From Alphaproteobacteria bacterium (GTDB lineage Bacteria > Pseudomonadota > Alphaproteobacteria > Rickettsiales > SXRF01): a DNA stretch of 64,000 nt. This document shows, piece by piece, positions 43,160-52,344 of the stretch. A program made the position numbers and the translations under genes. The stretch is from NCBI GenBank assembly GCA_033763575.1, contig JANRKF010000033.1, forward strand, positions 6,278-70,277, written 5' to 3'. Every line of letters begins with the position of its first letter. The stretch's first letter is position 1. Below the pieces are notes generated by a model. It was not told where the DNA came from. It saw nothing but the letters and a program-made list of their open reading frames with translations, and did no database searches.

Positions 43160-43453
43160 ATGAGCGGACAGGTTTTATCAATTTACAGAGTCGCAATGCC
43201 ACAGATCAACACAAACAACGTATTCTGGCGGGAAAAGGACGGCGTGGTCACGGTGCTGGTGATTGCCACCGGCGAATATTTTGAATTCAACCGCGTGGGA
43301 AGCGCCGTGTGGAAAGGCATCGCCGAGGGCCTTGCCGCCGACGCGATTATCGACCGGCTCGCACAAACCTATGACACCACCCGCGAGCAACTGGCCATCG
43401 ATGTGCACGCCCTCATCGTTAAAATGATCGCCCGCGAATTGATTGAAGAGTAA
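43160..43453 (+). CDS. PqqD-family (RRE-like) small protein
   Basis: VFWREKDGVVTVLVIATGEYFEFNRVGSAVWKGIAEGLAADAIIDRLAQTYDTTREQLAIDVHALIVKMIARELIEE matches the PqqD pattern (N..G..IW..L). An alternative start is ATG 43196. Confidence 0.65.
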   Translation: MSGQVLSIYRVAMPQINTNNVFWREKDGVVTVLVIATGEYFEFNRVGSAVWKGIAEGLAADAIIDRLAQTYDTTREQLAIDVHALIVKMIARELIEE

Positions 43454-43455
43454 GG

Positions 43456-44775
43456 TCAGCGGCGAATGGAACGGTACACCACCACCACGAACAGCAGCCC
43501 GCCGATAATCGCCAGCAGCCCGCCAAGCCCCATGAAACCCAGCGCGATTTTGATGTTGGGCGCCAGTGCATCGACACCGCCTGCGGTTTTACGCAACACG
43601 CCGTAACCGCCGCTATACGCCAGCCCCGACACATGCATCACCTGCCCGGCGCCGTACAATATCGGCTGCCAGTAAGCCATGCGCCAGCCGGTGACCTCAC
43701 GATAGCCGAAACGCGGCAGCATCACATAGGCAAACGCCATGAACCCGATGGTGATGCCGACGATGGAGCCATGGTAATGCGCCGGGATCAACACGTTCTG
43801 CCCATGGATATAAGCCCCCAGGATATTCCCATACAGGAAGAGCAGTATCGACATGAGCAGCGCCGACCACAAGGCCCGCTTATCGCCATGGCGCAGCGAG
43901 CGAAGCGACAGAAGCCCCGGCAGGATCCATAGCGCCAGAACCGTCGGCGCCACGCCGTTGGCCGCGATCATCAGCGAGGTGAAGAACTGGCGGAACGGAG
44001 CAGATTCCAGATCATACAGCAGATAGGCCACCGGCGCGGCGCAGGCAGAAAGCAGGCCGATTGCAAACAGAATATAGAGATGCCGAGGAGGAATTTGAAA
44101 GATATGAAAAAGCGCCTGCGCCACCAGCAGCCAGCACAGCATGACGATTTGCACATGCACCAGTTGCAGCACATGCCCGCCGCCCCAGAACAGCATTTCA
44201 AAATATTGCACGCCCTCGAAAACCTGCGGCATCAGGCGGTAGGACCAGAGAAAACAGGCGATGGAAATCAGCGTAATCCAGCCCGCCGAAAGAATGCCGA
44301 AACGCACCGGCCCATCGAAACCGGCAAGCGACGAGGTGAATATTTTCACCAGCATAAAACCGACGCCGCACAGCAAAAACCCCAGCGCCATCAGGAATAT
44401 CGGGCTGCTGATCACCGGAATGTAATTGCTCATCAGCGCCTCGGCCTTCGGGTCGAACGGCGAGAGCATCATGAAGAGAATGGTCAGCGCGAAGCATGTC
44501 AAGGCCCCCTGCTCCAGCGGCAGGATGCTGCGGGCATGGGCCGTCGCCATGCTCCAGAACAGGCAGGCGATCGCCAAAAACCACACCAGCACCGATAAAT
44601 CCACATGCACCACCAGCGCGTCCTTGAAGATGCGCTGGATTTCCGGATTGTTGGAAAGCACCGGCGCGCGGCCGATCACCAGCGTCAGCGAATATAGCCC
44701 CGCCACCGCCAGCGCCACCACGCCAAGCAGAAGCCAGTAGCGGGAGAGAGTCTTTGGTCTTTGGTCTGTCGTCAT
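43456..44775 (-). CDS. polytopic membrane protein, heme-copper oxidase subunit I-like
   Basis: About 12 predicted TM helices. Conserved-looking His residues sit in helices (VVHVD; GGGHVLQLVHVQ; PAHYHG; VMHVSG). ATG 44775 (MTTDQRPK). The family assignment is tentative. Confidence 0.5.
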   Translation of the reverse strand: MTTDQRPKTLSRYWLLLGVVALAVAGLYSLTLVIGRAPVLSNNPEIQRIFKDALVVHVDLSVLVWFLAIACLFWSMATAHARSILPLEQGALTCFALTILFMMLSPFDPKAEALMSNYIPVISSPIFLMALGFLLCGVGFMLVKIFTSSLAGFDGPVRFGILSAGWITLISIACFLWSYRLMPQVFEGVQYFEMLFWGGGHVLQLVHVQIVMLCWLLVAQALFHIFQIPPRHLYILFAIGLLSACAAPVAYLLYDLESAPFRQFFTSLMIAANGVAPTVLALWILPGLLSLRSLRHGDKRALWSALLMSILLFLYGNILGAYIHGQNVLIPAHYHGSIVGITIGFMAFAYVMLPRFGYREVTGWRMAYWQPILYGAGQVMHVSGLAYSGGYGVLRKTAGGVDALAPNIKIALGFMGLGGLLAIIGGLLFVVVVYRSIRR

Positions 44776-44828
44776 GGGTATAGTAATATAGTGGTTGTAT
44801 TGAGGTGGCAATTCAATACAACAACGTC

Positions 44829-45857
44829 ATGACCAACGACCAACGACCAACGACCATTTACGTAATCGCATGGCTCACAATCTGCGCGCTGCTCGTCGTG
44901 GGTATGGTCGCGGTCGGCGGCTACACGCGACTTTCCGGCTCCGGGCTTTCCATCACCGAGTGGAAACCCATCCACGGCGCGATCCCGCCGAGGAGTGAAG
45001 CCGAATGGGCCGAGGAATTCGCCAAATACCGCGCCATCCCGCAATATGCCGCCGTGAATCCGGGCATGACGCTTGATGAATTCAAAACGATTTTCTGGCC
45101 GGAATTTTTGCATCGCCTGCTCGGACGAATTATTGGCATTGTGTTCATTGTGCCGCTGATTTTTTTCTGGGCGCGTGGCGCAATCAGCCATCGACAAGGC
45201 TTCAAATTTCTGGCCATATTCTCGCTCGGCGGATTGCAGGGATTCATGGGCTGGTACATGGTTTCCAGCGGGCTTGCAACCAATGTCTATGTCAGCCACC
45301 TGCGGCTCGCCACCCACCTCACGCTGGCGCTGCTGCTGCTGGGATTGATCGTGTGGGAACTTTGCAAGGTGACAGGTGACAGGATCAAGGTGACAGACAA
45401 GCAGGCTCCTGACTCCTGCCGCCTCGCGCCTGTCACCTACCTCCTCTGGTTTGCCCTGCTCTGCCTCCAGATCCTCTACGGCGCGCTGATGGCGGGTTTG
45501 CACGCGGGCCTGCTTTACAATACCTGGCCGCTGATGGACGGCGCGATCGTGCCTTCCGGGCTGTCCACCGCCATTTTCACCGACCATACGACTGTACAAT
45601 TTTGGCACAGAATCCTTGCATTTGCCGTGGTTTTTGGGTTTTTATCTTGGTGGTTTTTTAACCGCCGGTATGTTAAGAATCTCGGAGTGACAAAACTTGC
45701 GGCAGGTATCGCCCTTGTCATTGCCTTGCAGTTTACGCTCGGGGTCTTGACACTGGTCAATGCGGTGCAGCTGGAATTGGGCATGATGCACCAGATGACG
45801 GCGGTGTTGTTGTTCGTGCTGTCGGTGGTGATGTTGCACAGATTGGGAAAAAGGTGA
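44829..45857 (+). CDS. ctaA: heme A synthase (COX15/CtaA)
   Basis: Contains [25 protein letters not shown], and His-bearing TM helices. ATG 44829 (MTNDQRP). The track start is 44805. Confidence 0.9.
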   Translation: MTNDQRPTTIYVIAWLTICALLVVGMVAVGGYTRLSGSGLSITEWKPIHGAIPPRSEAEWAEEFAKYRAIPQYAAVNPGMTLDEFKTIFWPEFLHRLLGRIIGIVFIVPLIFFWARGAISHRQGFKFLAIFSLGGLQGFMGWYMVSSGLATNVYVSHLRLATHLTLALLLLGLIVWELCKVTGDRIKVTDKQAPDSCRLAPVTYLLWFALLCLQILYGALMAGLHAGLLYNTWPLMDGAIVPSGLSTAIFTDHTTVQFWHRILAFAVVFGFLSWWFFNRRYVKNLGVTKLAAGIALVIALQFTLGVLTLVNAVQLELGMMHQMTAVLLFVLSVVMLHRLGKR

Positions 45858-47083
45858 CCATAAACTACGAAGCATTTTTTGAAGCCTCCATCGCCCGCCT
45901 GAAAATGGAAGGGCGCTACCGCGTGTTCAACGACCTCGAACGCAAAGCCGGCTCCTTCCCACTCGCCCGCAGCCACGCCACCGGCCGCGACGTGACGGTG
46001 TGGTGCAGCAACGATTATCTTGGCATGGGCCAGCACCCGAAAGTGACCACCGCCATGGCCGAAACCATCGGCCGCATGGGCGCAGGCGCAGGCGGCACGC
46101 GCAATATTTCCGGCACCAACCACGCCATCGTCACGCTCGAAAAAACCCTCGCCGAACTGCACCAAAAAGAAGCCGCCCTCGTGATGACCTCCGGCTATGT
46201 CACCAACGAAGCCGCGCTCTCGACACTGTGCTCAATGCTGCCGGGCGCCATCGTATTCTCCGACGCCTGCAACCACGCTTCGATGATCCACGGCATCCGC
46301 CAGAGCAAATGCGAAAAGAAAATCTTCCGCCATAACGACGCCGCCCATCTCGAAGAACTCCTCGCGAGCGCCGACCCGGCGCGCCCGAAAATCATCGCCT
46401 TTGAATCGGTGTACTCGATGGACGGCGACATCGCCCCCATCAACGCATTCTGCGACCTCGCCGACCAGTATAACGCCATCACCTATCTCGACGAAGTGCA
46501 CGCCGTGGGCATGTATGGCGAACACGGCGCAGGCATCGCCGAACGCGAAGGACTCATGCACCGCCTCACCGTCATCCAGGGCACGCTCGGCAAAGCCTTC
46601 GGCGTGATGGGCGGCTACATCGCCGCGTCGCGCAACCTGATCGACATGATCCGCTCCTACGCGCCCGGCTTTATTTTTACCACCGCCCTGCCGCCCGCGC
46701 TCGCCGCCGGCGCCGACGCCTCCATCCGCCACCTGATGAACAGCAGCGAGGAGCGCGAACGCCAGCAATATAACGTGCAGGTGCTCAAAGACATGCTGAC
46801 CAAGGCCGCCCTGCCGGTGATGCCGACGATGAGCCATATCCTGCCGGTGCTGATCGGCGACCCCGTGAAATGCAAACAGGCAAGCGACATGCTGCTTGAG
46901 CAGTTCGATATTTATGTGCAGCCGATCAATTTCCCGACCGTGCCCCGCGGCACCGAGCGCCTGCGGATTACCCCCAACCCATGCCACACGCATGAGATGA
47001 TGTTCGAACTCACCCGCGCACTGGTGTGGGTGTTCGAACGCCTCGCTATCAAACCGGACCTGAAGCTGCTGGAAGCGGCCTAG
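45854..47083 (+). CDS. hemA: 5-aminolevulinate synthase
   Basis: 409 aa. Contains [30 protein letters not shown] and the PLP Lys region TLGKAFG. The GTG start overlaps the ctaA stop (GTGA). Confidence 0.95.
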   Translation: MTINYEAFFEASIARLKMEGRYRVFNDLERKAGSFPLARSHATGRDVTVWCSNDYLGMGQHPKVTTAMAETIGRMGAGAGGTRNISGTNHAIVTLEKTLAELHQKEAALVMTSGYVTNEAALSTLCSMLPGAIVFSDACNHASMIHGIRQSKCEKKIFRHNDAAHLEELLASADPARPKIIAFESVYSMDGDIAPINAFCDLADQYNAITYLDEVHAVGMYGEHGAGIAEREGLMHRLTVIQGTLGKAFGVMGGYIAASRNLIDMIRSYAPGFIFTTALPPALAAGADASIRHLMNSSEERERQQYNVQVLKDMLTKAALPVMPTMSHILPVLIGDPVKCKQASDMLLEQFDIYVQPINFPTVPRGTERLRITPNPCHTHEMMFELTRALVWVFERLAIKPDLKLLEAA

Positions 47084-47089
47084 TTTTTA

Positions 47090-47170
47090 CTGATTCCGGC
47101 TGATTCGGAGCTTGTTTCGACTGATTCGTAGCTTGTTTCGACTGATTTCGACTGATTTTAGCTTGTTTTG
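47090..47170. repeat. degenerate tandem repeat (21-bp unit CTGATTCGNAGCTTGTTTCGA)
   Basis: Two full units lie at 47100-47141, with partial CTGATT-containing copies on both sides. Confidence 0.7.
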
Positions 47171-47344
47171 TGGTGTTTTTGCCTTCCCCCCTCGCTATAT
47201 ATCGTTATTTTTCAATGAATTGCCATCCTGTGCGGCTCCAAAACGCTAAAAACCACGCCACAGCATGACAAGCCTCATATCCCCAGCTTCTAAGCTTCTC
47301 ACGGCATAATGTGTCACGGAAGGGGTAAATTTAAAAAAGTTTCC

Positions 47345-47366
47345 GTGGCCACCGGCGGGTGGCCAC
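47345..47366 (-). terminator. candidate terminator hairpin downstream of the chemoreceptor gene
   Basis: GTGGCCACC-GGCG-GGTGGCCAC hairpin. On the minus strand it is followed after 6 nt by TTTTTT. Confidence 0.45.
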
Positions 47367-47423
47367 ATGAAACGCAGCTCCGCTGGCTCATGGCTGCTCT
47401 TTTTTGAATTATTTTATTACAGC

Positions 47424-48941
47424 CTATTTTATCAGCGCCTGCATTTCCAGGTTGAGCTTCTCGGCCTGCTGGGAAAGCGTGCTCGCCGCCTCGCGCACCT
47501 GCCGGGTCGATTCGTCGGCCTGCTTGCTGGACTCGGCAATGCTTACCACGCTGCTCCTCACCTGCTCGACGCCCGCCGACGCCGTTTGCATGTTGGCGGA
47601 AATTTCCTGCGTGACCACCGACTGCTCCTCGATCGCCCCGGCAACGCCCACAATATAGCCGTTCACCTCGCTGACCGATTGCTTGATCGCACTCAACGCG
47701 TCAATCACACCCTTGGAAACATTCTGCATATTGTCGATCTCGCGGGAAATTTCCTCGGTCGCCTTGGTGGTCTGGCTCGCCAGATTCTTCACTTCGCTTG
47801 CAACCACGGCGAAGCCCTTGCCCGCATCGCCCGCCCGCGCCGACTCGATGGTGGCATTGAGCGCGAGCAGATTGATCTGCCCGGCAATGCTCTGAATCAG
47901 CTCGACGATATTGCTCATCGCCTTCGCCGCATTCTCCAGATTCGTCGCCGACTGGTCGGCGTTGGTCGCATTCCTGACCACCTCTTCCATCGCCGTGCGC
48001 GACTTGGCCATGTTCGACGAAATCTCATTCACCGACGAACTCATTTCTTCCGCCGCCGCCGCCACCGACTGCACGTTGGACGCCGTCTGGTTGGTCGCCG
48101 CCGAAGCGCTGGTGGATTGCTGGCTGGCGGTGGAAACCACGCGCCCCATCTCATCCGAGCTATGCGATAATTCAGTGGACGCCGCCGCCACCGCATTGGC
48201 AATCTGCTGCACATTCTCGGCGATTTGCACCTGCTGGGTGATGACGCTCCACGACACCATCGGGCCGAGATACGCCCCCTGATTATCAATGATCGCCGCC
48301 ACGTTCAGCTCCAGCCACTCGGTGCCAAGGCGGATCTTGGCGCGGTGCGGGAAATTTTTCGGATCCGCCAGCATCTTGCGCTGATGCTCCGGATGCTTGT
48401 GGAAAATATCGATGCACGAACCCACCACCTTGTCGGCCTTCACCGGCAGGAATTGCTCCACCGTGCGCAGCGTGTTCAGGCTGGTTTCGTTCATGAAGGT
48501 GATCTCGAACGTCTCCGGATCGCACATCATGATATTGATCGGCATTTTATCGACCATGCGCTTTAAACGCTCCATCGCCGTAATCACCGTCCAGGTGAGC
48601 ATGAGCTGGTCTTTGCCGAAGGAGCCGCCCGGCACCTCCATGATCTTCAGCTCCAAAAATTCCTTGCCGAGGCGAATGGTCGCGCTGTGCGGAAAATTCT
48701 TTTTATTGCCGAGAATATCGCGCTGGTGCTGCGGGCGCTTGTGAAAAATATCGATGCACTGCCCGACGACGTTATCGCCGGAAACGCCCGGTGGCAAAAG
48801 CGTTGTGAGCGTATTCAGCGTGTCGCGGCTCTGCTTGTTGGCGTAGGTAATCACGAGATTTTTCGTATCACATACCAATAGATTGATCGGCATGTGTTCA
48901 ACCATGTGCCTCGCAGCACTGTTCGATAGCGTCATAGACAT
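47424..48941 (-). CDS. soluble methyl-accepting chemotaxis protein with tandem PAS domains
   Basis: 505 aa with no TM helix. It has two PAS-like repeats sharing CIDIFHK.P.HQR, and a C-terminal MCP signalling domain ([37 protein letters not shown]). Confidence 0.9.
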   Translation of the reverse strand: MSMTLSNSAARHMVEHMPINLLVCDTKNLVITYANKQSRDTLNTLTTLLPPGVSGDNVVGQCIDIFHKRPQHQRDILGNKKNFPHSATIRLGKEFLELKIMEVPGGSFGKDQLMLTWTVITAMERLKRMVDKMPINIMMCDPETFEITFMNETSLNTLRTVEQFLPVKADKVVGSCIDIFHKHPEHQRKMLADPKNFPHRAKIRLGTEWLELNVAAIIDNQGAYLGPMVSWSVITQQVQIAENVQQIANAVAAASTELSHSSDEMGRVVSTASQQSTSASAATNQTASNVQSVAAAAEEMSSSVNEISSNMAKSRTAMEEVVRNATNADQSATNLENAAKAMSNIVELIQSIAGQINLLALNATIESARAGDAGKGFAVVASEVKNLASQTTKATEEISREIDNMQNVSKGVIDALSAIKQSVSEVNGYIVGVAGAIEEQSVVTQEISANMQTASAGVEQVRSSVVSIAESSKQADESTRQVREAASTLSQQAEKLNLEMQALIK

Positions 48942-49120
48942 CCTCCGTTACGATGATTCGATTACTGTTATTATTTTTTCCCGGCTTTTTACGCGCCGGT
49001 GTTTTGTGCCATCAGCCTAACGCAACCGGATAATAGGGCAAGGGGGTTTTTGGTTAACAATCTGAAATAACTAAGTAATTTAGTATGCTATTGTCAGGCC
49101 CGGTACAGCGCCCCGCCGGT

Positions 49121-49294
49121 TATCTGCCTCTCCCCTTGAGGGAGAGGGCAACGAGACTTCCGCTTCCGAAGGAAAGCGGTTAGTCGAGTGGGAGAGGGGT
49201 AAACTTGAAGGCTGCACCCCCCACCTGAAATTTCTAAGGCTTACGTTGTAAGCCCAAGAAATTTCTTCCTCCCCCTCAAGGGGGGAGGTTTTAA
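49121..49294 (-). mobile_element. 174-bp multi-hairpin element, copy 2, abutting the anmK stop codon
   Basis: It is the reverse complement of copy 1 (30399..30572), with a few substitutions and indels. It is flanked by a perfect 23-bp direct repeat (49098-49120 and 49295-49317). Confidence 0.85.
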
Positions 49295-50391
49295 GCCCGG
49301 TACAGCGCCCCGCCGGTCACGGCACGCAGTGCGCCGGTGGTGGTGGGCAGCGACAGCGGCAATCGTTTCAGGCTGCGCACGGCGAGGAACGCGAAGGCCT
49401 GCGCCTCCAGCGCATCGCCTTTCCAGCCGAGCGCCTCGACGCGGTAGACATTGCCGAGCGCGTCTTTCAAGCCCTGCATCAGGGCCGGGTTCAGCCTGCC
49501 GCCGCCGGAAACAAACCATTGCCGGGCCGGCGCCGGAAAATAGTGCTGCCCGCGCCTGACCGCTTCGACCACGAAGGCGGTAAGCGTCGCCGCGCCGTCT
49601 TCCGCGGAAAGATGCTGCATGTGATCGGCGGAGAAGTGATTGCGGTCGAGCGATTTCGGCGGATGCTTGGAAAAATAAGCATTGTTGAGCAACATATCGA
49701 GCGTGGCCTGATCCACTTTCCCCGCAAGCGCCAGCTTGCCGTCGGCATCGTAATCGACGCCGGTTTTCGCATCGGCCCATTCATTGAGCATCACGTTGCC
49801 GGGGCCGGTATCGAACGCGAGGATGTCCAGCGCCATCAGCTCCGACCCGCCGCGCTCGGACTTCCCGATCCATGTGACATTGGCAATGCCACCGATATTC
49901 AGCACCGCGATCGGCAGCTCCATATGCCTTGAGAGCGCCGCGTGATAAAGCGGAACCAGCGGCGCACCCTCGCCGCCCGCCGCCACATCGCGCCGCCGGA
50001 AATCGCACACCACGTCGATCTTGGTTTTTTCCGCCAACAGCGCGCCGTTGCCCATCTGCCAGGTGAGATCCTCCTCCGGGCGATGCGCCACCGTCTGCCC
50101 GTGGAAACCCACCACCTGCACGTCTTTATAAGAAAGCCCCGCCTTGTCGAGCAGCATCTTCACCGCCTCGGCGTGCTTCATGGTCATCACATGCTCGGCC
50201 AGCAGCAAATCGCCGCGCCCGCGCACCGCCGCCGCCAGTATCGCCTTCATCGCCTCGTCATACGGCAGAGTGAGCCACGCCCCGAACTCATGCACCTGCT
50301 CGCCGTCCGTGCGGATGAGCGCCGCGTCAATGCCGTCAAGCGACGTGCCGCTCATCAGCCCCAGCGACCAGCGTGTTTCTTCTTTTTGCAT
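49291..50391 (-). CDS. anmK: anhydro-N-acetylmuramic acid kinase
   Basis: 366 aa. Contains GLMSGTSLDGIDAAL, GFHGQTV, DFRRRDVAAGGEGAPL and FDTGPGN. Confidence 0.9.
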   Translation of the reverse strand: MQKEETRWSLGLMSGTSLDGIDAALIRTDGEQVHEFGAWLTLPYDEAMKAILAAAVRGRGDLLLAEHVMTMKHAEAVKMLLDKAGLSYKDVQVVGFHGQTVAHRPEEDLTWQMGNGALLAEKTKIDVVCDFRRRDVAAGGEGAPLVPLYHAALSRHMELPIAVLNIGGIANVTWIGKSERGGSELMALDILAFDTGPGNVMLNEWADAKTGVDYDADGKLALAGKVDQATLDMLLNNAYFSKHPPKSLDRNHFSADHMQHLSAEDGAATLTAFVVEAVRRGQHYFPAPARQWFVSGGGRLNPALMQGLKDALGNVYRVEALGWKGDALEAQAFAFLAVRSLKRLPLSLPTTTGALRAVTGGALYRA

Positions 50392-50483
50392 TCGGTTACT
50401 TTAAGAATCCTTGCCCATGTTAACCAGACGATAATATATAGATGATACTTAAAATTTAGTGAACTTTATGCAGGGCATATTTT

Positions 50484-51887
50484 ATGGCTAAGGAAAAATA
50501 CACCTCCGACTTCATGCGCACCATGGAGGAACGCGGATTCATCCACCAGGCGACCGACGCCGAAGGACTGGACAAGCAACTCAGCGAAGGCCGCGTCACC
50601 GCCTATATCGGCTTCGACGCCACCGCCGACAGCCTGCATGTCGGCAGCCTGATGCAGATCATGGCGCTGCGCCATTTGCAAAAAACCGGGCATAAACCCA
50701 TCGTCCTGCTCGGCGGCGGCACCACCAAAGTCGGCGACCCTTCCGGCAAAGACGAAGCGCGCAAACTGCTTTCCGACGCCGACATCGCCAGGAATATCGA
50801 ATCGATCAGCGCCACCTTCGGCCAGTTCCTGAAAATCGGCACCGGCGCGCAGGACGCCATCATCGTCAATAATGCCGAGTGGCTGGATCACCTGAATTAC
50901 ATCGAGTTCCTGCGTAAATACGGACGGCATTTCTCGGTCAACCGCATGCTGACGCAGGACAGCGTGAAGCTGCGGCTGGAGCGCGAGCAGAACCTCTCCT
51001 TCCTCGAATTCAACTACATGATTCTGCAGGCCTACGATTTCGTCGAGCTGCACAACCGCTATGATTGCAGCCTGCAAATCGGCGGCAGCGACCAGTGGGG
51101 CAATATCGTCATGGGCATCGACCTCGCCCGCAGGCTTGATGCCGAAACGCGCTTCCAGCCGGTGCCGCTGTCGGCGACCAAGGGTATGCGCGTGGTCGAG
51201 GTGCAGCCGATTATCCAGTCCAAACGCAGCGATCCTGGCGGCTATGAAACCACCAATTTCATGGATTATTTCGGTGCCGAAAACAGCCGCGGCCTGTTCG
51301 GCCTGACCACCCCGCTGCTTTCCACCGCAAGCGGCGCGAAAATGGGCAAGACCGCGAGCGGCGCGGTGTGGCTCTCCAAAGACCTGCTCTCCGCCTATGA
51401 TTACTGGCAATATTGGCGCAACACCGAAGACGCCGATGTCGGCCGCTTCCTTAAATTATTTACCGACCTGCCGATGGCCGAAATCGCCAAGCTCGAAAAA
51501 TTGAAAGGCGCCGACATCAACGAGGCAAAAAAAATCCTCGCCACCGAAGCCACCAAACTCTGCCACGGCTCGCACGCCGCAAAACAGGCCGCCGAAACCG
51601 CGCAGAAAACCTTCGAGCAGGGCGGCATCGGCGCGGATATTCCCGTGCATGTCATCAAAACCGGCGAGCTGGGCAAAGGCGTGGCCGCCTACGAACTGTT
51701 CCGGCTTGCCGGGCTCGCCGATTCCGGCGGCGAAGCCAAGCGCCTCATCCGTGGCGGCGGCGCCCGCATCAACGATAAAAAAGTCGATGACGAAAACGAC
51801 CTGATCGGCCAAACGCAATTCGGCAAAGAAGGCGAGCTGAAATTATCGGCGGGCAAGAAGAAGCATGTGCTGGTGCAATTGCGATAG
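50484..51887 (+). CDS. tyrS: tyrosine--tRNA ligase (with an unusual ~50-aa internal insertion)
   Basis: Contains [16 protein letters not shown] (HIGH-type), [14 protein letters not shown] (KMSKS) and a C-terminal S4 domain. At 467 aa it is longer than I expect for this enzyme (about 410-425 aa). Confidence 0.95.
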   Translation: MAKEKYTSDFMRTMEERGFIHQATDAEGLDKQLSEGRVTAYIGFDATADSLHVGSLMQIMALRHLQKTGHKPIVLLGGGTTKVGDPSGKDEARKLLSDADIARNIESISATFGQFLKIGTGAQDAIIVNNAEWLDHLNYIEFLRKYGRHFSVNRMLTQDSVKLRLEREQNLSFLEFNYMILQAYDFVELHNRYDCSLQIGGSDQWGNIVMGIDLARRLDAETRFQPVPLSATKGMRVVEVQPIIQSKRSDPGGYETTNFMDYFGAENSRGLFGLTTPLLSTASGAKMGKTASGAVWLSKDLLSAYDYWQYWRNTEDADVGRFLKLFTDLPMAEIAKLEKLKGADINEAKKILATEATKLCHGSHAAKQAAETAQKTFEQGGIGADIPVHVIKTGELGKGVAAYELFRLAGLADSGGEAKRLIRGGGARINDKKVDDENDLIGQTQFGKEGELKLSAGKKKHVLVQLR

Positions 51888-52019
51888 TTGCTTCCGCGAT
51901 TGCCTACTGGCAATCGCATGAAGCGTGCTCAGGGCTGGTTCGCGGCTACTCCGCTCTCATGACATCGCGCTGCGAAGCACGCGCCATGTAATTTTCAGTA
52001 GAAAATTACGGGCGCACCA

Positions 52020-52256
52020 TTAAGAGCCAAACCCGTGCTTTTTGAGCACTTCCGGCGGGATGGAGGTGCCGAAACCGCTCTCCAGCACCGTGCCGTACTT
52101 GGTCATGTCGAGATGGCCCTTGTCGATAATCGCCGAGAAAATGACCAGCTTCTCCGGCTTTATCCGCAGCACCCACCAGGCATCCCGCCCGCTGACACTA
52201 TCTTTCCCAAGCACTTTATAGAGATATTTCTTTTGGTTAGCGATGTCCATGGCCAT
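52020..52256 (-). CDS. hypothetical small protein (78 aa)
   Basis: ORF in a visibly AT-richer islet. I recognise no family. Confidence 0.4.
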   Translation of the reverse strand: MAMDIANQKKYLYKVLGKDSVSGRDAWWVLRIKPEKLVIFSAIIDKGHLDMTKYGTVLESGFGTSIPPEVLKKHGFGS

Positions 52257-52344
52257 AAAAATATTTAGTTAATTTATATAAACTATTGTTTACCTGACGA
52301 TGACTTTATGGTATAAATACAAAAGTTTCAAGGAGAAGAAATAT

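Noticed and set aside
44745-44860. Heptamer tandem repeats at the 5' ends of the divergent HCO-like and ctaA genes, as a slipped-strand phase-variation switch
   Set aside because: There are only two to three copies, well below the tract lengths that give appreciable slippage. It is mentioned under the HCO-like finding only as an oddity.
44772-45608. 278-aa ORF antisense to ctaA. The 253-aa ORF at 46232..46993, antisense to hemA, is a similar case.
   Set aside because: Both are shadow frames opposite clearly identified genes.
47090-47170. Repeat array as a possible CRISPR
   Set aside because: The units are contiguous and degenerate with no spacers. No cas genes are present.
50466-51410. 314-aa ORF antisense to tyrS
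   Set aside because: It is a shadow ORF. tyrS motifs on the plus strand are unambiguous.
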